DNA of 64,000 bases from Trichodelitschia bisporula (Eukaryota), in the NCBI GenBank assembly GCA_010356995.1, contig ML996708.1, positions 248,001-312,000 on the forward strand, written 5' to 3'. Each line of letters begins with the position of its first letter. Positions within the stretch are counted from its first letter, which is position 1. Under the pieces are notes generated by a model, which had not been told where the DNA came from, ran no database searches, and saw nothing but the letters and a program-made list of their open reading frames with translations. This document shows positions 49,855-61,565 of this stretch, piece by piece. Both the position numbers and the translations under genes were made by a program.

Positions 49855-50979
49855 ATGTCTTCCACCAGCCAGGCGACCCTCACCAATGAACAGCCGCTCC
49901 CACGGCCGCGATGGATACTACACATTCAAGCACAGTTTTGGCGTATGCTCATGGGCATTGGCATGCTCATGCACCGCCTGGCACCTCCTCGCCCACCGAA
50001 GCCTAACTTCGTCCGCAAGATACCCACCACCATTGCAGCTCGTCAAGGCCATATCCTTCTCCATTTCTACACCCCCAAAGACTACGGCGTCGGTCGACAG
50101 TTGAATGGACACCGGTATCCTGTAGTGGTCAATTTTCACGGCGGAGGCTTCACCCTTGGCAAGGCTACGGACGACGCGCGGTGGTGCAAGACTGTCGTGG
50201 ACGAAGTCAACGCCGTTGTAGTATCCGTGGACTATCGTCTGGCACCCGAGCATCCCTTCCCCACGGCTGTCGAGGATGGAGCAGACGCCATATTGTACCT
50301 GGCCGAGCATGCCCGCGAGCTCAATCTGGACCTCGACAAGATTGCTGTCAGTGGCTTCTCCTCCGGAGCCAACATGTGCTTCACTGTCCCGCTTCGTCTA
50401 CAAGAGGAGCTCTTCAACGAGATCAGCGATGAAGAGGCACGTCGCTTGAGCGTGATCCAAATGAGACGGCCTCCGCTCCAAAAGGCCTTCAGTAATGGCC
50501 GTCTGCTTGTTCGTGTCCAGCGTGAGATTAGCATCAAAGCTATCGTTTCGTGGTACCCCCCGACGGACTACACGCACACCCGGGAGCAGCGCCGCGCCAC
50601 TTGCACCCGTCTCGACCAGCAGCTGCCCGCTATCTTCACAAATCTCTTCGACGAGTCCTATCTCCAACCGCCAACACTGGACATGGCAAACCCATACCTG
50701 AGTCCAGGCGTTGCGCCCGACTACATGCTTGCAGGTCTGCCACAGGAGATTATCATCATTGCCTGCGAGTGGGATATGCTTGTTGCCGAGGCGGAGAGGT
50801 TTTCTCAAAGGCTTCAGCAGGATCTAGGGAAGTCGGTACGCTTCCGCGTCGTCCCTGGTGTGCCTCATGGGTGGGACAAGGCCCCCAACCCCCTTCGCGT
50901 TACCCCTGGGGTTCAGACACACTATCTGGAGGCGTGCCGAGAGCTCAAGCGGTGCCTGAATGGTTCGTCAGACGCTTGA
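49855..50979 (+). CDS. Alpha/beta hydrolase (HSL-family esterase/lipase)
   Basis: HGGGF, DYRLAPEHPFP, nucleophile elbow GFSSG, EWDML (Asp), HGW (His). Confidence 0.92.
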   Translation: MSSTSQATLTNEQPLPRPRWILHIQAQFWRMLMGIGMLMHRLAPPRPPKPNFVRKIPTTIAARQGHILLHFYTPKDYGVGRQLNGHRYPVVVNFHGGGFTLGKATDDARWCKTVVDEVNAVVVSVDYRLAPEHPFPTAVEDGADAILYLAEHARELNLDLDKIAVSGFSSGANMCFTVPLRLQEELFNEISDEEARRLSVIQMRRPPLQKAFSNGRLLVRVQREISIKAIVSWYPPTDYTHTREQRRATCTRLDQQLPAIFTNLFDESYLQPPTLDMANPYLSPGVAPDYMLAGLPQEIIIIACEWDMLVAEAERFSQRLQQDLGKSVRFRVVPGVPHGWDKAPNPLRVTPGVQTHYLEACRELKRCLNGSSDA

Positions 50980-51732
50980 GAGCATTGAAGCTAGGAAGTC
51001 GTATTTGGGACATATTGGCGTCTAGATTGATGGTTGATTTCGCGCACAAAAGGCAATGGGCCCCGGCGTTCTGCGTTTTCAGATGGAACGGATGCATTGC
51101 CACGCTTCTGAAAATGATTATCGTTTTGTCCTCTAGGTGGTAAAGAAGCATGTAGACATCCAAAGGTGTTTCAACATATTACCAACCGTTTCAGAGTCTC
51201 ACGATAGTTGCCCGTGGAGTTACCGAAGCAGAGAAAGCTGTCAACATAAGACGATGGCTTTTGATGTAAAGGTCAGCACGGGTTACATATGAGCTGGTAT
51301 GACCGATTTGGTATTGTTGATCGGCATTAGTAATGTGCTATGACGACAGACCGATGTAAAACTAATCGGACTAACGCTTCGTCCGCGCCCTTCAGAATAC
51401 ACGACGTTCATTGATTCAGCGCTGTCGGACAGAAGATTATTCCCGAATGCTTAGATGTGATGAGGTTTGTCAGCCGCATGTCAACTGGGGAAGGAGCTAT
51501 GGCGCAATTCGGAGTTCGAACCTCTTGACGTCGGCATAGCGCGCTCTAGTTCTAGTATTTAGTCTTTTTATCCCCCCCCGCTTTTGATCTAACCAAGCTC
51601 CCGTTGCTAAAGCCTCATCCAGCCATTGTGAATTCGTATTGCGACTAGACGTACACAGCATATCCAACGATACCCACTTCGGGCTTCGCGAACTACCATC
51701 GCATCAAGTTCATACTCGCTACACCGGAAATC

Positions 51733-52653
51733 ATGACGACGGCAGTCTTCAAGTATCTGGACCCCGCGTCTTACACCTACATCGCCGAGACCGGCGAGGC
51801 GCCTTGGACCAAGGTCGACGGTGGAGGCACTTCCTTCAAGCTGATCGACAAGGAAGCGCAAGTTAAGAACATCCGCGGCCGGGAGGACCAGTTCACCACC
51901 GACACGAGCGGCTTCGCCATCCACAAGTCCATTGCTACGGAGAAGTCGTTCCGCGACGAGAAGGCCGTCCGCGAAAGCTACTATCCCGAAGTAGAGGCGC
52001 TGCTCCGCGAGAAACTTCCTGGCGTCAAGAAGGTCATCATTTTTGACCACACCATCCGCCGCCGCGAGAAGGGTGCGCCCCGTGGACCAGTGCAGCAGGT
52101 GCATGTGGACCAGACGCAGGCTGCGGCTGAGAAGCGCGTATTTCGTCATATCCCTGAAGAGGAGGCGAAAGAGCTTGCAAAGGGCCGCTTCCAGATTATC
52201 AACGTCTGGCGACCCATTGAGAACCCGGCGTCTGACTTCCCCCTTGCCGTCATCGACTGGCGGACGACTACCGAGTCCGACTTCGTCCCCATCACCTTGT
52301 TGTACCCCAAGCCCAAGGACGTGGATGCGAATGGGCAGCTGGTTGATGACCGCGGAAGGGAGGCTCTGCCTGATCCGAATGTCGCGAGGGATTCGACGGA
52401 GGGATACGAGGCAAAGGGCGTGACGATGGGTGTTCTTCCCAACAACAACCATAAGTTCTACTACGTGAAGGACATGACACCTGAGGAGGCCTTGTTCATC
52501 AAATGTTCGGACTCGCGCGGCCAGGGCCTGCCGCAGGGAGTTGACGGGATTGCGAGATGTACACCACATACAGCTTTCGTCGATCCCCAGACCCCGGCCG
52601 ATGCTCCCGGTCGACAGAGTATCGAGGTTCGTTGCCTGGTATTCTACGAGTAG
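51733..52653 (+). CDS. AsaB/CmcJ-like hydroxylase/desaturase-type oxygenase
   Basis: FDHTIRR, VHVDQT (HxD), INVWRPI, PLAVID, PHTAF, RQSIEVRCLV. Confidence 0.85.
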   Translation: MTTAVFKYLDPASYTYIAETGEAPWTKVDGGGTSFKLIDKEAQVKNIRGREDQFTTDTSGFAIHKSIATEKSFRDEKAVRESYYPEVEALLREKLPGVKKVIIFDHTIRRREKGAPRGPVQQVHVDQTQAAAEKRVFRHIPEEEAKELAKGRFQIINVWRPIENPASDFPLAVIDWRTTTESDFVPITLLYPKPKDVDANGQLVDDRGREALPDPNVARDSTEGYEAKGVTMGVLPNNNHKFYYVKDMTPEEALFIKCSDSRGQGLPQGVDGIARCTPHTAFVDPQTPADAPGRQSIEVRCLVFYE

Positions 52654-52898
52654 ACGTTGTGCTTTTTATATAGCCGTTTTCGGACTGTAGTGTAGAGTGG
52701 GCGCAGTGAACATAGGTCATTAGTCAATGCGATGATGTATTTTTCCCCTACGCATAAGCTTCTACGCCGGGGATATCGTACGTCCAATCAAACCGGCACA
52801 GGACGGCGCTGGCCGAAACATCCTGAGCTACTTAAACGCCTTGCACCGCCATACGTCGTTACATCAGCATCCCCGCTAAAGGTCGCGTACATAAGCTC

Positions 52899-53644
52899 TC
52901 ATGGCGCCGCATTGAACTTGTTGGTAGCTGACCGAAAGAGCTCCTCCTGCTGCCGAATGAGCTCCTCTTCCGTGAGGCCGCTCTTCTCGATCTTGCTTTG
53001 CTTCTTCTCGCGCGTCTGTACCAGTGATTAGCCTGGGTCGCTTGTACGGCTGCGGGTCTCCTTACCACCTGCTGAGTCTTGTGCTCGTGCGCAACCTTCA
53101 TAATCTCGGGGATGTAGTCGGGATAGCCGAGTTGGTCCAGAGCGGCGGTGACATGCTCACAGGCGATCGTCTTCTTCGCTTCCTTCTCTGCGATCTCGTT
53201 GGCCTCAGAGGATATCAGAGTGATGAATTCCACGCAGCATTCGATCAGGAGGTCGCGTGTCTCCCGCGCAAAGGTGATCCCGTTGTCGTGCGACAGGATT
53301 TCGGTGATGATTTTGCCTACGGTCGCTGCCGGAATATTAGTGTTCCTGGACTTCGGCATTGTAGAGTGTGCGTAGGGAATGGAGCTAAACAAGAGAGCGG
53401 AGGCAGATATTCGAAGAGTGTCGCATTATGAACAATATGATAGAGCTTGGCTTAGAGGATAGGATGGAGCTTGGCGTAGTGAAACTGAGGATAGCGTGAA
53501 CATACCCTTGGGCAGTGAAAGGTCATCATTGTCTGCATGTCGAGTGAATGTTAGCGAAGCAACAGAGGAGGGAGTGAATGTGTAGGAGCATCCGCTCACG
53601 CTGGATGGGAGAAGTCACTCACTTCCAAACTCGCGATCAGACAT
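52899..53644 (-). CDS. NCB2: Negative cofactor 2 beta subunit (Dr1); three introns
   Basis: MSDREFG|NDDLSLPK|ATVGKII, CCVEFITLISSEANEI, KKTIACEHV, EELIRQQEELF. Confidence 0.95.
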
Positions 53645-54091
53645 CACGAGGGGCTTTGGCGCGTGATGGAGATGGGTTGTGACGGGATAATGCGTCCGAT
53701 GTTGAAGGCCATATCGCGAGGCGTGGAGGTGGCAGGCGGAGACCTTTAAGTTCCTCAACCTCTCAAGCGGGGAGATCTCTTAGGACTAACTTCTGGGTCC
53801 GTGCACATCCTTGGCACCTAAATGCACGGGCCCACGTCAGGAACCTTAAAAATGGCGTCGCGAAATTTGCGTTTCCTCCCATCTTTCCAACATCACAACC
53901 CCTTCCCCGAGTAGAGCCTCCAACTCTCTTTCTACTGTGCTCTCGGGTCGCGCAACTCACTACGTGTGCTGTTCCATGTGCAGAGCCAACTTGGATTTGC
54001 AGTTGTCGGTGTAATCTAACTTGCGCTCCAGGCTCTGTTGGGTCCGTCGATATCATGGTATGTCGCACACATTCTCTTCTCCCCTTTGCAC

Positions 54092-54179
54092 TTCAATGAT
54101 GATTATTCGTGTCGCCCCTATCTTAAATGGCTTTTAGCTATGTGGTGATTGACTTGCCCGCCAAAGGCATTATCTGAAC
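54092..54179 (+). ncRNA. snR67: Box C/D snoRNA, snR67/U31-like, intronic
   Basis: Box C ATGATGA (54096-54102); guide GTGTCGCCCC (54109-54118) complementary to the LSU rRNA P-loop GGGGCGGCAC; D' CTTA puts the +5 position on the second G (yeast Gm2619 equivalent); box D CTGA 54174-54177; follows a GTATGT donor at 54058. Confidence 0.85.
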
Positions 54180-54589
54180 AACCTTACCTACATTCTCTCT
54201 CATTGTTGTCATGAGCTCCGCTGACTTCTGAGAAGGAAATTCTCCTGTTTTTGTAGTACTCTATCACCAAACCTTTGAGTCACTTTTGCGGTCATATACT
54301 TATGTTCCTGTCACTACGGCCACGGTAGGTACGGTGCTTTACAAGGTGGTTGGACGACGACCAGGTACACGCTCAGCACCCCAAAATGTGATCCTCGGTC
54401 GGTACACAGAAACTTTTTTGTGGGAAGACAATTGCTGGACGGCGGCAAAGGGAAGAGATTCTTTGCATTGACGTAGAACAAATGCCGATGTTTATCTTGA
54501 GCCTTCCGACTGTCAGATTCGTGAGCGAGACACTAAACCCAGTTTTCTGGCGTGCTCTAATGGTATGTCCGTCGTCTTTCTTTTTCTTT

Positions 54590-54681
54590 TCACATGATGC
54601 AACAAAACATTCCATGCTAAGACTGAAGACCTTGCGTCTAATGCTGGACAAAAAGTTGAGCTTTTCATCTTTCGACTGACT
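54590..54681 (+). ncRNA. snR53: Box C/D snoRNA, snR53-like, intronic, two guides
   Basis: C-like ATGATGC at 54594; guide ATTCCATGCTAA complementary to 18S TTAGCATGGAAT before D' CTGA (54623); second guide GCTTTTCATCTTTCGA before box D (54676); inside intron 54563-54739 (GTATGT..GCTAAC..CAG). Confidence 0.88.
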
Positions 54682-54770
54682 TCAATTACTCAGCTTCTAT
54701 TGCATATAGTTTGCTTATGGCACTGCTAACTTTGCGCAGAATTTACCATAGCCTCGTGAATACTCCGAAA

Positions 54771-55702
54771 CTAGGACTCTTGGAACGCCGAAAGAGCTGG
54801 GTCATTCCAGCTGTGAGGTTAGGTGTCAGCAGCTGGCTAGTAGCGCGTTTGAGCGATGTATACCTGATGAACCGCCCACTCAGGTCCCGGGGCGCATCTA
54901 GGACCAGCTTCGCCATGACGTGACCTGGCTGCTCCGGGCGTAGCAATTGGTTACTCGACTTAAGGTTGAAGAATTTCTGCACTTCCTCGGAATCCATGGA
55001 TTTGTGGTGGAATTCTCTCAGGTCTTGCTGCATCGCAGTGTCGACGACACCGGGTCTAATGGAGATGCTGGTGACGTCAGGCTCCTCAGACGCGAGAGTA
55101 AGGGTAAGGTGGTTCATGGCAGCCTTTGAGGCTCCGTACGGTCCCCAGCCTACATAAGCCCCGGTCGCAGCGCCTGACGACGTGAAGACGATCCTGCCCT
55201 TTGAAACGCGTAGATCGGGTAACGCGGCCTTGACCTTGGGTGTGTTAGCGGAGGGGTACTTCGTAGACCAAATGCAATATCGTTTATCGCTCACAATAGC
55301 CACGGCTGAGAAGAAATTTGTGTCAAACCCTGCTCGCCAGTCTTCTGCTGATGAATCCGCTATCCTTTTGACTGGGCTGAGCGTGCCATGGTTAACCACC
55401 AGTCCGTCAAGCTGGTTCCAGGTTGACTTTGCAAGGTCCACTGCCTTCTTTCCCAGGGAGAAATCGGAAAAGTCCCCAGCCAACGGCGCAACCTGGTTCG
55501 GATATTTGCGCTCCAGTTCCTCAAGCGGCTGCTTGGTGCGTGCAACGACGACAAGTCGGTTCTGCTTCTGAAGAAGGTATTCGGCGATGGCCAAACCAAT
55601 ACCTGAAGCTAATCAGCCCGAAGTGCCGGAATAGGAGTCCAATAGGTAGATCTGACCTCTTGAAGCACCCGTGACGATTATCACCTTTCCCTGTGCTGCC
55701 AT
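54771..55702 (-). CDS. Short-chain dehydrogenase/reductase (YIR035C-like); three introns
   Basis: VIIVTGASR|GIG, VVNHG, FTSSGAA, YGASK, RPGVVDT. Confidence 0.92.
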
Positions 55703-56194
55703 GGCGTCGAATGATAAGAAACGAGCTGTGCAAGTGTTTGTAGCTTGGCTATACGGTTTTGTGGGCCGGGTAGTGGAATCTCTCGGCCTTTTAATAACCT
55801 TGCCGGACCTAGAAAAGTCCACTGTAAAATCCTTAGCTTACTACGTACAAAAATATACGGAGCAAGACTGGTTCTAGTCATCAAGCAAGCACGTTAGATC
55901 CGCAGGGCCGCGGGATCGGAGGTGACTCTGGCTGTGGCTTGGGACCTTCCCGTTCCCGGATTTTCTTGCGGGGAAGTGCAGATCGTCGGAATTATGCACA
56001 ACATAATTTTATGGTCTGTGCAGAGCGGATGGGCTGGTGAGATCATACGATATGTCTTGAACCAGGTGAAACTTCCCTTGAACTGTGGGCACCGAGTATC
56101 AGCTACTAGTACTAGTTCTAGCACTCCGCACGTCTGATCTCATCAACCATAGCAGCTCCTGCTTGCATTGTCCCAAAAAAAAGTCGGACCGAAC

Positions 56195-57674
56195 ATGGAG
56201 AATACCGTCATCATTGGTGGAGGCATCATCGGCTTCTCGACAGCCTTTTATCTCTCTGAATCTCCCCACACCGACGCTCGTACTATTCACGTGGTTGAAG
56301 TATCCCGGGAGCTTTTCAACTGCGCTTCTGGTCTCGCCGGAGGGTTTTTGGCCTCTGATTGTATGGAGCATTCCAATTTGAAAGCATTACCCCACTGATA
56401 CAATTCCAGGGTTCTCACCCTCCGTTTCCTCGTTGGGGGCTCTGTCCTTCCGATTGCACAAGGAACTCGCCGAGCAACACGAGGGACGGGAGAAATGGGG
56501 ATACTCCATGAGCACCGGCACGTCGCTTGAGTCGGAGGGTGGCGACGCTGAGAGTGCCGTTGGTGGAAGCGGCGAGGACTTCCTACGGAACGGGACGAGC
56601 CGTGCCAATGCCGCCGGGCTGCATGAGTTCAAGAGCGGCGAGGGACCGGCTTGGTTGACGAGAGCGGCTGACACAAGGCTGGAGGTCATCAGTCAGCCTG
56701 GTAGCGTTGCCCAAATGTACGCGTGCCACCTCATCCTCAGACCGCCACTGACCTGCATTTAAGAGATCCGAAACGTCTTTGCCAGTTTCTTCTCGAACAA
56801 TGTTCGTCAAGAGGTGTCCAGCTTCACCAGCCTGCCCAAGTAATCTCAGTCTCTCCGGATACGACTGGAGCGTTTGCGAGCGTCCGAATCCTTTCGGCCG
56901 ATGGAGTCGAGACGGATCGTGAGTCTCACCTCTTCTTGTGTTGCTGGTAGTAATGGCTTGCAGTCCCATGCACTCGCCTTGTGATAGCCGCTGGAGCTTG
57001 GACTCGGAAGGTTTTCGCCGGCCTCTTCCCTTCTGCCGAAGTCAATCTTCCTATTAGCGCCCTTGCTGGCCATTCAATACTTGTCAAGTCACCTCGATGG
57101 AGCAAAGAGCACGAAACAAGTGGCTGTCATGCCATTTTTGCCACGGACGTTAATGGCTTTTCGCCTGAAATATTCAGTAGACTTGGAGAAGAAGTCTACA
57201 TTGCCGGGTTGAACAGCAGCTCTATCCCACTCCCGGAACTACCGACGGACGTGGAAGCCCGGCCAGAAGCCATAGAAAAGCTGAAAGGTGTTGCTGCGAA
57301 GATGTTGGGGCTCTCTGATGATGAGAACGACATTCAGATTCTCCGCGAGGGTCTTGTAAGAAACTGGACAGAAATGATAGCCGTGCGAGGCTGACTATCT
57401 CAGTGTTTCCGTCCAGTCTGTTCCACCGGTCGGCCCGTTATTGCGCGTGTTCCCGACGAACAGCTTGGGGATATCAAAACTAGAGAGGGCACCCAAGGTG
57501 GTGTCTTCGTTGCTGCGGGCCATGGTGCTTGGGGTAAGCTGTAACACATCATTCTCAAACGGAATACTCATCTTCATAGGCATCTCCCACAGCCTTGGAA
57601 CAGGCAAACTGATGACCGAGTTGCTCGAAGGGCAAAAGCTCTCAGCTGACATCAAGCGTCTCACGACTTTCTGA
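56195..57674 (+). CDS. FAD-dependent oxidoreductase (DAO family, Tda3-like); several introns
   Basis: VIIGGGIIG, ASGLAGGFLA, IAAGAWT, CFRP, AAGHGAWG|ISHSLGTG. Confidence 0.88.
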
Positions 57675-58407
57675 GCCCCGTGGCTCCTTCCACGGATGGG
57701 TGAGCTGGGCTTCCGAGAGCTCTGCTGGGCCTTAAGGTTTGTCTTGTCTCGGCTGCGGCGAAGGGCCTGAACTGAGACATGGATGCAGTGTATGTCTGCT
57801 GAAGACGGCGGCAGACCGTGGCATTCCGGCTTCGTTTGCTTGCGGCACTGTTGAAATACATGCTCATCGATATCGGCGTTATTGTGGCATGGCTATGCAA
57901 CGAATTGGTTATGAGAACTGATAAACCCTCATCTTCGAGCTTACGCAGCCGGTTCAAGGAAAGTATCATTTACGGTATGTTTTCGCAGCAGTCTAACTCA
58001 TATACTTGCGATCCGATGTTACGGTAGAATTTACTTTGAGGGAAGGGTTTCCAGACCTGGCCGCTGTCCCTGTAACGATCTTGAGCCTCAGGCAGCAGCG
58101 CATAATGAACTCCTCATGTGGCTTCATCCGAGGCAAGTTGGACTCCAGCCCGCCACATGCTCCTTGTGGGGTAGCTATATGATGGGTCGTTAAACGCAGA
58201 GACCACAGTCGATTCCCCGCACCTGCTCCGGCTGTCCCGGGCTAAGCAAGCTCTGGAGTTACGCACGAAGTGGCAATGGCTTCGGTCAGAAGCACTGCTC
58301 ACCGTTCATCAATAAAGCCTCGCAACGCACTAGGAACTTGACTCTATTTTACTATTTCATACCTTTAACAAACTGAACGGGACCTGGCTCGTGTCCAATT
58401 ATTCACA

Positions 58408-59606
58408 ATGACTGAAACTCCGCAATTTGACATCCCAAAGGAATGTAAGGCTGGTGTGATTTACGACATTGGCCCTTCTTTCACCGCGAAGGTTGAAATG
58501 GTCCCGGTGCCGGAGCCAGGTGCGTAGATTTTTGTGGCTTTCCCGATCATCCCAGACAACCGGGCTAACAACAGCAGGCCCTGACGAAGTGCTTATCAAA
58601 CTGAACGCCACCGGGATATGCTATTCAGACGTGCACTATATGCTAGGTGACCTCGACGCCCCACCCATGTCCTTTTTCAACGTGCGATCTCCCGGCCATG
58701 AAGGTGCCGGTATTGTGGTCAAACTCGGCAGCAATGTCAAAAACTTCAAGCTCGGCGACCGCGCCGGCGTCAAGCCTCTGCTTGATACCTGCGGCTCATG
58801 CGAGCTCTGCTGGAGCGGCAGAGAGAATTACTGCCAGAATGTGATCCATACAGGTCTCATGTGCACGGGTTAGTGTGTCCTGTCTACTGTGCCACCGTTG
58901 AATGTGCTGACGCCCCCAAGGCACGTACCAGCAGTATATCGTCTCGCCGGCTAGGTATACAACGCCCATCCCGGAGGGCATCCCGGACTACGTCGCCGCA
59001 CCGATCATGTGCAGCGCTTCGACGATGGTGCGCTCGCTGCGCGACTCGGAGCTGCAGCCCGGCGATTGGGCGCTGTTTCCCGGCGGAGGTGGCGGCGTCG
59101 GCATCCAAGGCGTGCAGCTGGCCAAGGCCATGGGCTTCCGGCCCGTGGTTATTGACACGGGCGCGGCGAAGAAAGAGCTCGTACTGCAGATGGGGGCGGA
59201 GACATTTATCGACTTCAAGGAGACGCCGGATGTGGCTGCGGAGGCAGTTAGGATCTGCGACGGCGTGGGCCCGCATGGCGTGTTCGTTACTGCTCCACCG
59301 GCGTACAAGACGGCAGTGGAGCTGGTTGGACAGCGCATCGGTGCCAAGGTCATGTGCATTGGCTTGCCGCCGAAGGGATCTGGTATCTTGGGGGCCGAGC
59401 CAGGGAAGTACATACTCCGCAACTTGACGATCAAAGGTACGCTAGTCGGCACCATGGATGATACGCGAAGGGCGCTGGACTACGCGAAGAGAGGGGCGTT
59501 GAAGCAGGTGTGCGAGGTGTATCCCATCGACCGGCTGCCCGAGGCTGTTAACAAGTTAAGGAGAGGGGAGGTGGCAGGGCGGATGGTCGTCGATTTCAAT
59601 CAGTAG
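58408..59606 (+). CDS. Zinc-dependent alcohol dehydrogenase; two introns
   Basis: GICYSDVH, GHEGAG, CGSCELC...C structural zinc site, APIMC, GGGGGVG, AGRMVVDF. Confidence 0.93.
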
Positions 59607-61565
59607 GGCACAGTCGATTGATTGTCACGAGGCGACAAAGCCGAAATGGCCTGCTTGGTTGGTCGATTGCGAGGTCGATCAATGCATTTAGCGCCGCATG
59701 GTACGATATTTGGCAAACAAGCTTTTACCTTCAAGTTGTTACTGGTAGAGCGGTCCCGCACTCTCGGTGCACGGTTGAATGTGGGTGCTCATTGGATCGA
59801 CAGCCGTTCTGCAAGGCCAAAAGGGACTTTACGTCTCGCTTTTGACTTCAAAGTAGACGATCTCGGATCTCAAGTACTGATTCGGCTCCCCTGTAGCACC
59901 GGGTAAGGCAATTGTAGCACTTAGGGCGGCAAACACTCAACGGGATTGATAGTCGAGCGTGGAAGTCTGGATGAATATGGAGATAAGTGCCGAGATGGGG
60001 ACCACACGCGCCTAGTAAGCACAATGGGAACCATTTTGAAAGCATGAGGGCCAAACCATTCAGAGAGAAATGAGAAAATTGTATCAGAAAGCCTGTTGGA
60101 TGCTCGACGACAAGAGTTGAAGTCCCTCAGGCGCGTAAGGCTGTGCCACATCTCTGCCTCGGCTAGCCCAGGTCTTGGCGCTTGAGATGAAACGGAGCAC
60201 GGTGCAGGGATTGGGCTGACACCACTCAACCATCGACAACCTCTCATCAACGTCTGGTCTAAGGTTCCGCTCAGTGCAAACCCTCTTTCATTCTTCCTGG
60301 CCCGGGATTCAGCTGGCAGTAAGCAATAGTGAATACTTGAAGAGAAGAGAGAAAGAAAAGTGCCGACTCGTACCGGACTCTTGCCCGACTTGTGCTGATC
60401 GAAACCTATCCGCACTGGTTGTGATGCTACGCTGATGCTACGCTGATGTGGGTCGGAGCCATGGATCTTATCTTCACCCGAGAAGCTGCAAAGTAACACC
60501 CTCCCTGGTGGACATCTCCTTCTCGAAGGAACTCACGAAGTTCTCCGAGGCAGATCCAAGGAACATTAAACTCCATTCCGATTCCACGGGCTCCCTCCGG
60601 CAACCTATGCCGCTAAACACTGTCAGGCATCAATTGGGGTCCAGGATGGGATTGCTCGATCACGAGGATGCCTTTAAGATAACCGGCACTCTGTTCCGAC
60701 TGTCTCGCGTACGCATATTCTTCGTTCTGCGCCTGGACCGCCAGCCAGTCGCGCGCCCTGGTCTCTGATCAATCTGATGTGGAAGGCTTGCCTGCTTCTC
60801 TTGGCCTTCCAATCTACCCTGTCACGGCCTACTGTGAGACTTCCATGCCAATGAGCGCTCTATAATGGCCGAGAGCCTGGACCTTTGAGTGCGCTCCACG
60901 ACCCTTTGTAAACTTTCCCTCTTTGACGCCTTCCCCATTCTGGATGTCGGCTAATGTGGGGCGGAATATGGCGAGAGAGATGTGTTCCCAGGGGTTCTTA
61001 CTAGCGGATCGTATCTCGAGAACCTTTAGTGGCTGATCTCACGACGGGCATTCAGTATCGGCCGATAATTCTGCTCATCATCGACCTCAAGGACCTGGCC
61101 TGCCTGCCTTCCACTTTGCTCATCCCCCATACCCGCCTAAAGTGCGTACCCGTTGATCGGAGACCGTGAACTTTCCACGCGCCCCCGTTTGAGGATTAGG
61201 GCTTTGGCGACGATATCCCTGACGCAGATGGTTGGCCGATATCACGTACCACCCGCTAAGGCGCCGCATACTTTTGGTGAGATCTGGTCCGACAAAATCA
61301 TCTCTCACAGGCCAGTTACTTCTGGATAAAGTCTCCAATAGCGGCCGAATGCCGTCTGCTTTCGGAAAGGCCCCTGGCTTTCCCTCCAAGCGGAACTAGT
61401 TAATTCGCACTCCCGCCTGATCGACCCCGCAGCCACGACCCTCATTGCACTCCGATACCCGTGGCCAACTGAACCCCCTCAAAGCGCATGTCATGAACCT
61501 ACAAACACCGGCTCGCTAGGCGCTTTCCATGCTTCGCTGAAAGTGCGAATCTCGCGGGTCCAACC

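Noticed and set aside
59620..61500. Assorted 70-190 aa ORFs between the alcohol dehydrogenase and the membrane protein gene
   Set aside because: No motif, splice model or codon pattern supports them
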